DNA of 64,000 nucleotides from Fibrobacterales bacterium (GTDB lineage: Bacteria; Fibrobacterota; Fibrobacteria; Fibrobacterales; JAOPTW01): NCBI GenBank assembly GCA_051532055.1, contig JAOPTX010000007.1, positions 96,001-160,000 on the forward strand, in the 5' to 3' direction. Of the stretch, positions 58,008 through 64,000 are shown piece by piece; the first letter of the stretch is position 1, and every line of letters begins with the position of its first letter. The position numbers and the translations under genes are program-made. Below the pieces are notes generated by a model that was not told the DNA's origin, did not search any database, and worked only from the letters and a program-made list of their open reading frames with translations.

Positions 58008-59519
58008 ATGACACGTCTAATTAGTTGCATCACTTTTTTTGTCCTCTTTTGTATTGCTTCATTACATGCAAAACCAGTGACACTCAAAATGTGGATCATG
58101 AATAATGGTTCTCGTGCAGTATGGCAGCTTCAACAGACAACTGATGCCTTTAAAAAACAAAACCCCCATATTAAGCTTGATATCCAATTAGTAAACTGGG
58201 GTGAAGCCTGGACAAAGCTTAAAATGCTATCACAAACCCATACTGGTCCCGATATTGTTCAAGTAGGCTCGACCTGGGTTCCACACTTTGCCGAAACTGA
58301 CCTCTTACTTAACTTGAAGCCTTACCTCTCTCATTTTGGCGGTAAAAGTAGCTTTTTCGCTTCTGCCTGGAACTCTTCATTTAGTGATAATCAACCTGAA
58401 ATGATTGCAGCGGTTCCCTGGTTTTTGGATAACAAAATTTTAATGCTCAACCAAGAGATGTTCAATGTTTTTGGTTTTACTAATCGAGATTTTAAAGACT
58501 GGAAGTCTACTAAAAATTCACTCATGCGGATTAAAGAAGCACAATTGACAACTCCAACAGGTGACCAAATTTGGCCCTTTGCCTTTCCTGGTTTTGGCAC
58601 TTATAATGTAGTACACAATCTCACTCCTTGGCTCTGGTCAAGCGGTGGTTCCTTTTTAAAAAAGGGTGGAGCCCATTGGCACAGTAACCTGAGTGATACA
58701 AACTCTATTGAAGCCATTAAATATTACATATCTCTGATGCGGGATAGTATTGTGAACGCAAGTGATCTCGACCAAAGTAACACCTATGTCGACAACCTTT
58801 TTGTGGAAGGAAAAGTATTTCTCTACCTTACCGGTACCGGCCAACTCGTCAGTGATGCACGGGGTGACAAGAGTCCCTACTCCTTCTCAACCACTTACCT
58901 CCCTACTCCACGGTCCACTCGAGGCACCAAACAACAATTTAGTTTTCTTGGAGGGAGCAATTTAGCAATCACCCGGTTTAGTAAACACAAAGAAGAAGCC
59001 ATATCCCTTATCACCTTTTTAATGAGAGACAAGATCAATGCTGAATATAGTACTGCAATTGGCGCTATAAGTAGTAAAAAACAGTTTAAACAGTACCTTC
59101 CCCATGTGGATTCTGCAGCGATTCACCTTCTTGAAACCAGTGTTACACAAGGTCGTTCATACCCTAATATTCCTCAATGGGGTGATTTAGTTCTCCCCAT
59201 TAAAGATGGACTCGTATCACTCTTCCTTCTTGCAGGAGGTGCCTATGGTGAATATGGAGATAAAGATATTTTAGAACAGACCCTTTCTATTGATCGAATA
59301 ATAAATAAGAGGCTCGGGCTATCCATTGAAACTCAAGACTCTCTCGCTACCGCCTACCAACAGACCTTTATTCAAAAACAGCGTAATCGCACTACTCCCT
59401 TTGCACAGACTTTTTCTCAAAAGCCACAAGAACGATGGTTTGAAGCCACACTTCTCATTATCTGCATATTACTTTTAGGGTCCATCGTTGCACTCAAACG
59501 AATTGGCCAAGACCGTTAA
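58008..59519 (+). CDS. Family-1 (sugar) extracellular solute-binding protein with C-terminal membrane anchor
   Basis: F...NP.I, GPDIVQVGSTWV, VPWFLD and FLGGSNLAI motifs; signal peptide from ATG 58008; C-terminal hydrophobic helix followed by KR. Confidence 0.8.
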   Translation: MTRLISCITFFVLFCIASLHAKPVTLKMWIMNNGSRAVWQLQQTTDAFKKQNPHIKLDIQLVNWGEAWTKLKMLSQTHTGPDIVQVGSTWVPHFAETDLLLNLKPYLSHFGGKSSFFASAWNSSFSDNQPEMIAAVPWFLDNKILMLNQEMFNVFGFTNRDFKDWKSTKNSLMRIKEAQLTTPTGDQIWPFAFPGFGTYNVVHNLTPWLWSSGGSFLKKGGAHWHSNLSDTNSIEAIKYYISLMRDSIVNASDLDQSNTYVDNLFVEGKVFLYLTGTGQLVSDARGDKSPYSFSTTYLPTPRSTRGTKQQFSFLGGSNLAITRFSKHKEEAISLITFLMRDKINAEYSTAIGAISSKKQFKQYLPHVDSAAIHLLETSVTQGRSYPNIPQWGDLVLPIKDGLVSLFLLAGGAYGEYGDKDILEQTLSIDRIINKRLGLSIETQDSLATAYQQTFIQKQRNRTTPFAQTFSQKPQERWFEATLLIICILLLGSIVALKRIGQDR

Positions 59520-59619
59520 CAAGGCTATCTTAAAAGCAGTGCTCATCACCATATAACTACTCTTTTTTATTGAGTACTCAGATTATCAAATGTATTCGCC
59601 CACGTTTATACTAGGACAT

Positions 59620-59652
59620 AAAAAAAGCCGATGTCGTAATGACATCGGCTTT
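59620..59652 (-). terminator. pyk terminator
   Basis: AAAAAAAGCCGATGTC-GTAAT-GACATCGGCTTT. Confidence 0.8.
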
Positions 59653-59672
59653 AGAAGTTCTTCGAGAAGACC

Positions 59673-61082
59673 TTATTTTACACAGTTACCCGCAACATTA
59701 ATCTCCATGTTGTTAGTGTTTCCACCTGGAGCATTGAGAGTAGAAATGATCATTGTAATCAAGTCATCATTGGCAAGTTTACCATCTTTGATAAGAGCAG
59801 ATACTGCATTCTGTCTGATGCCACCTTCGCGAGTAATTGGGAAAGCCTCGACACCGTAAGAAAGTGCAAGAATTTTTTGACCTTTACCATCGATACACGC
59901 TGCATACACAGGAGCTTTTGAGCGGTAAGAAGCAACATCACGAGCAGTTTTACCTGTTGCAGTTGGAACAACAAGTGCTTTAACATCTAGGTTTTGAGCA
60001 GCTTTAACTGCTGCTTTACCAACATACCGTTTGATATCGATGTGTTTAACATCCATTGCAGCAGGGTTAAGCTCATCACGTGTAGACTCAACTTCTTTAG
60101 AGATACGAGTCATAAGAGAAACTGCTTCAACTGGATAATCACCATATGCTGTTTCACCAGAAAGCATGATTGCATCAGTACCATCAAGTACTGCATTTGC
60201 AACATCTGAGATCTCTGCACGAGTAGCACGTGGGTTTTTGATCATTGATTCAAGCATTTGCGTTGCAGTAATTACTGGCTTGCCCGCTTGGATACACTTG
60301 TTAATGATCATTTTTTGAATTTGTGGAACTTTTTCACCAGGAACTTCGATACCCATATCGCCACGAGCAACCATGATACCGTAAGACTCTTCGATGATCT
60401 CATCAATATTATCAACACCCTCTTGGTTTTCGATTTTAGAGATGATTTTTACATCTTTACCAGACTCATCGATGATCGCTTGAACATCTTTAACATCTTG
60501 TGCATGACGTACAAATGAGTGAGCGATAAAATCAAGGTCATGGTCACATGCAAATTTAATGAAGTTTTTATCTTTCTCAGTAAGAGAAGGAAGTTTGATA
60601 GCAACACCAGGAACATTTACTGATTTAAAACGTTTGAACTCACCATCATTCATGATAGTACATTCTAGTTTTTCATCAGTTTTTGAATCTACGCGAAGCT
60701 CAAGGTATCCATCATCAATAAGGATTTGAGTTCCAACTGGAACGTCTTTAGCAAAACTAGGATAGTTAACTTGTAACACTTCTTTAGTAGTTTTAACACC
60801 GTCTAAAGCTTTACATTCAACAGTTACTTTATCACCTGTTTTAACATCAATAGCATCATCTAATTCACCAGTACGTACTTCTGGTCCTTTAGTATCTACA
60901 AGGATTGCAATATTTCCGTCAACGGCATAAATATTTTCTAATACACTTACAGTAGTTTCAGGAAGTTGGTGAGCTGTATTAATACGAACAACATTCATTC
61001 CCGAAGCATAGAGCTCTGTGAGGAAAGGAACGTCACATTTTCTGTCTGAGATGGTACAAACTATCTTGGTCTTTTTTTGCAT
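59673..61082 (-). CDS. pyk: Pyruvate kinase
   Basis: KTKIVCTI, DTKGPEVR, KIEN, MVARGDMG, TATQMLESM and MLSGETA motifs. Confidence 0.97.
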   Translation of the reverse strand: MQKKTKIVCTISDRKCDVPFLTELYASGMNVVRINTAHQLPETTVSVLENIYAVDGNIAILVDTKGPEVRTGELDDAIDVKTGDKVTVECKALDGVKTTKEVLQVNYPSFAKDVPVGTQILIDDGYLELRVDSKTDEKLECTIMNDGEFKRFKSVNVPGVAIKLPSLTEKDKNFIKFACDHDLDFIAHSFVRHAQDVKDVQAIIDESGKDVKIISKIENQEGVDNIDEIIEESYGIMVARGDMGIEVPGEKVPQIQKMIINKCIQAGKPVITATQMLESMIKNPRATRAEISDVANAVLDGTDAIMLSGETAYGDYPVEAVSLMTRISKEVESTRDELNPAAMDVKHIDIKRYVGKAAVKAAQNLDVKALVVPTATGKTARDVASYRSKAPVYAACIDGKGQKILALSYGVEAFPITREGGIRQNAVSALIKDGKLANDDLITMIISTLNAPGGNTNNMEINVAGNCVK

Positions 61083-61240
61083 ATCTATTTTCCAGTTTTG
61101 TTTTAATTTTCAGTTTGGGTCAAATGTAATATTTTTTGCCTTGAATTTAACGGGATTTGCATTATAATTTGCTACTTTGCTTTTAAAAAGCTGTTTCCCT
61201 TACTTCCCAAACCAAAGTTCTTCAAAGCCAGGCCCCATAT

Positions 61241-63598
61241 ATGACAAAAGCGTCGAATCTATCTGACAATTCAGACATTTTAGTTGAAATTCCTCAAAAA
61301 CTCCCCGTAATACCCATCAGGGATTCAGTCATCTATCCAGGGTCGATTCACCCTCTTCTTCTTGGAAGAGAGGCCTCTATTCAAGCTGCAGACTATGCGC
61401 AAAATCGCTCAGAAGGGCTTATTTTTCTTGCACTCCAGCATGAACCTGAAATTGATGAAGTGGTTCCTGATCAACTCCATCGCACTGGTGTTATAGCACG
61501 GATCACCTCACAGGTAACCCTGCCCAATAATTTGAGTAAAGTACTGGTTGAAGGCTTGGTTATTGCCCGAGTTGACGATTGGTTTGCGGGAGCCCCGCTC
61601 ATGATGGCTCAAGTAACACCACATGTTCTTAAAGCCCCTCGAAAAAAGGCTTTTGCCACCATTATGAGAGATATTGCTTCTAAATTCAAGCAATATGCTC
61701 AAACAACACCTGATGTACCTAACGAAATACTTCAAACATTTGATGCACCAGAACTCCCCCCTGAGATCCTCTTTACCATTGCCCCCTTTGTTAAAGCTGA
61801 ACTCGGATTAAAGCAGCTTCTCCTTGAACAACCGGGTTTTGAACAATTTGCAGCGCTGATAGGCGAAATTATCGATTCAAGTCGCTCCGTCCTCCTCCTC
61901 AATAGAAAAATTGAACGGGAAGTACGTGACCGCATTCAACAATCTCAAAAAGAGTACGTTCTCAACGAGCAGCTGCGACTTATCCATGAAGAACTGGGCC
62001 ACATGCCCGAACAGAATAGCAATCCTGAGTTTCAACTCCTCCTTAAGCAACTCAAAGAGAAGGAGCTTTCGGAAGAAGTATATGAGAAAGTCTACGATGA
62101 ACTGAAGCGACTAGCTCTTCTCCCCCAGTCTTCACCAGAGTATTCTGTAGTACGCAATTACATTGATTGGTTTCTATCCCTTCCTTTTGGGGTCGTTACA
62201 GAAGACAACCTCAGTCTCCCTTCGGTTAAACGTCATCTAAATAAAGAACACTACGGTCTCTCTTCTATAAAAGAGCGTGTTCTTGAGCATGTTGCAGTAC
62301 TCAAACTTACCGAAGAGAAGTACACCCCAATACTTTGCCTTGTAGGACCCCCTGGTGTAGGCAAGACAACCCTTGGACGTTCAATTGCCCATGCATTAGG
62401 GCGTGAGTTTATTCGTATCTCTATGGGCGGTATTCGCGACGAAGCAGAAGTACGTGGTCACCGCAGAACTTATGTTGGGGCTATGCCGGGTAAAATCATT
62501 CAAGGTATTAAACGCGCCAAGGTCATGAACCCAGTGATCCTCCTCGATGAAATTGATAAGATGGCAAGTGACTTTAGAGGTGACCCTGCTAGTGCACTCC
62601 TCGAACTGCTTGACCCAGAGCAGAACAAAGATTTTACAGATAACTTTCTTGAAATTGGTATTGACCTGAGCAAAGCGCTCTTTATCACCACTGCCAATAT
62701 TGAGATGAGCATCCCTGAACCCCTTCGGGATCGGCTTGAAATATTACGACTCGCAGGCTATCACAGCCATGAGAAACTTGCCATTGCCCAAAAGCATTTG
62801 ATCCCCAAACGTCGATTATCAAATGGCCTTACAGAAGAACAGCTCACCCTTAAAGATGATGCTGTTTACCGAATCATTCACGACTATACCCGTGAAGCCG
62901 GTGTTCGTGGACTTGAAAAAGAAATTGATAAGGTTATGCGTAAAAGGGCTGTTGAAGTGGTCTCTAAAAAACGCACCTCCAATAGTGTCAATGACAAGAA
63001 ACTCCAACAATACCTCGGAGTCCCTCGCTTTAGCAGGTCTCAGCTCGTTAAAAAAGGTGAACCGGGACTTGTGACAGGGCTTGCATGGACCTCTGTTGGT
63101 GGTGAGATATTACAAATTGAGTGCGCGCTCATGGCAGGCAAAGGCAAACTGAGCCTTACAGGAACCCTCGGTGATGTGATGAAAGAGTCAGCACAAATTG
63201 CCCTAACCCTTACTAAAAAACGCGTAGAAAGCTTTGGTATTGACCCTAAAATATTCAATGAAACCGATATTCATATACACCTTCCCGAAGGCGCAATCCC
63301 AAAAGATGGTCCTTCTGCAGGTATTGGTCTCACACTGTCACTCCTCTCTGCCTTTACCAAAAAGACTATCGATCCAACAATTGCCTTTACGGGCGAAGTT
63401 TCGCTCAGTGGTAAAGTACATGCCATTGGTGGGCTTCCTGAAAAGTCAATTGCAGCCCTCGAAGCAGGCGTCAAAACTATCATGCTCCCCAAAGAGAATG
63501 ATAAAGATGTCACTGAGCTCCCAGCACAGGTTAAGAAGGGTGTGAAGATTCAAAAGTTTAATACCATTGATGAAATAATTAAGAAGCTGTTTAAGTAA
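61241..63598 (+). CDS. lon: ATP-dependent Lon protease
   Basis: LON N-domain, GPPGVGKT, LLDEIDK, PKDGPSAG (catalytic Ser) and GGL.EK. Confidence 0.97.
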   Translation: MTKASNLSDNSDILVEIPQKLPVIPIRDSVIYPGSIHPLLLGREASIQAADYAQNRSEGLIFLALQHEPEIDEVVPDQLHRTGVIARITSQVTLPNNLSKVLVEGLVIARVDDWFAGAPLMMAQVTPHVLKAPRKKAFATIMRDIASKFKQYAQTTPDVPNEILQTFDAPELPPEILFTIAPFVKAELGLKQLLLEQPGFEQFAALIGEIIDSSRSVLLLNRKIEREVRDRIQQSQKEYVLNEQLRLIHEELGHMPEQNSNPEFQLLLKQLKEKELSEEVYEKVYDELKRLALLPQSSPEYSVVRNYIDWFLSLPFGVVTEDNLSLPSVKRHLNKEHYGLSSIKERVLEHVAVLKLTEEKYTPILCLVGPPGVGKTTLGRSIAHALGREFIRISMGGIRDEAEVRGHRRTYVGAMPGKIIQGIKRAKVMNPVILLDEIDKMASDFRGDPASALLELLDPEQNKDFTDNFLEIGIDLSKALFITTANIEMSIPEPLRDRLEILRLAGYHSHEKLAIAQKHLIPKRRLSNGLTEEQLTLKDDAVYRIIHDYTREAGVRGLEKEIDKVMRKRAVEVVSKKRTSNSVNDKKLQQYLGVPRFSRSQLVKKGEPGLVTGLAWTSVGGEILQIECALMAGKGKLSLTGTLGDVMKESAQIALTLTKKRVESFGIDPKIFNETDIHIHLPEGAIPKDGPSAGIGLTLSLLSAFTKKTIDPTIAFTGEVSLSGKVHAIGGLPEKSIAALEAGVKTIMLPKENDKDVTELPAQVKKGVKIQKFNTIDEIIKKLFK

Positions 63599-63604
63599 AT
63601 AGAC

Positions 63605-63772
63605 TTACGTGAGCGGATGTCTATTCCGCCACGACTCAGCATAGTGCTTAATCCATATCTCTGCAGCAATGTTTTGGTTGATCTCTAGACCTACGACATC
63701 TTCAAGGTGATGACAGAATTTGAGTATCTCTTGGATTTGGTCATCGTTGTCTGATGGATATTTTGAGCTCAT
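63605..63772 (-). CDS. Unannotated 55-aa small protein (resembles short DUF4032-like helical proteins)
   Basis: MSSKYPSDNDDQIQEILKFCHHLEDVVGLEINQNIAAEIWIKHYAESWRNRHPLT; GGAGG RBS; convergent with lon. Confidence 0.7.
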   Translation of the reverse strand: MSSKYPSDNDDQIQEILKFCHHLEDVVGLEINQNIAAEIWIKHYAESWRNRHPLT

Positions 63773-64000
63773 ACTTCCTCCACTCCTACTATATAGATCG
63801 TCATTAACCCCCCAAAGTATTACCCTTTAGTCTCATTTAATGGGCAAACCTTTCATTTTGTAGTTTATTTAGCAAATACAGTAATAACTAAGCAAACTAA
63901 CGCCCTCATAAAAATTTCACCTTTTGAGTATCGCTTTTTGCCCTTTAAATCACATCAAGTAATTCGACAAAACAAAGGCCTCCCATAGGGGGGCCAAGCT

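Noticed and set aside
1..64000. tRNA, rRNA, IS elements, integrons
   Set aside because: No tRNA arm motifs, rRNA-like tracts, transposase or integrase ORFs, or attC-like arrays were recognised.

Overview
A 64-kb, AT-rich (roughly 40% GC by eye) bacterial chromosomal segment. It most likely comes from a Fibrobacterota-like polysaccharide degrader, judging from a TIGR02147-family gene and many secreted proteins with poly-Ser linkers and short T9SS-like/Fibrobacter-type C-terminal tails. Housekeeping genes (purT 5' end, sbcCD, deaD, topB, pyk, lon) are interspersed with many secreted or lipid-anchored carbohydrate-active proteins: PL14-like, an N-terminally minimal GH31, an expansin-like protein, two GH55-like enzymes next to a thaumatin/GH152-like lipoprotein, and a 986-aa unclassified GH-A-like plus SGNH fusion. 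There are also several candidate sugar-sensing modules. The most striking object is a Ser-linker lipoprotein (31311-33326, minus strand) whose C-terminal region carries the ordered motifs of canonical, eukaryote-type poly(ADP-ribose) glycohydrolase (GGG...QDE; NWGAGVWWGD). It looks like an exported PARG-fold enzyme built like a CAZyme. Other highlights are a circularly permuted tail-collar/collagen/CBM32 fibre protein paired with an S8-CUB protease, a CheW-less membrane CheA-like kinase facing a membrane-tethered sugar-binding protein, two unannotated small proteins, a uORF coupled to sulP, and a recurrent TAnnTT(TG) promoter motif that appears to drive leaderless mRNAs. I saw no rRNA, tRNA, CRISPR array, IS or prophage. 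All family calls come from motif recognition by eye; no database searches were run.
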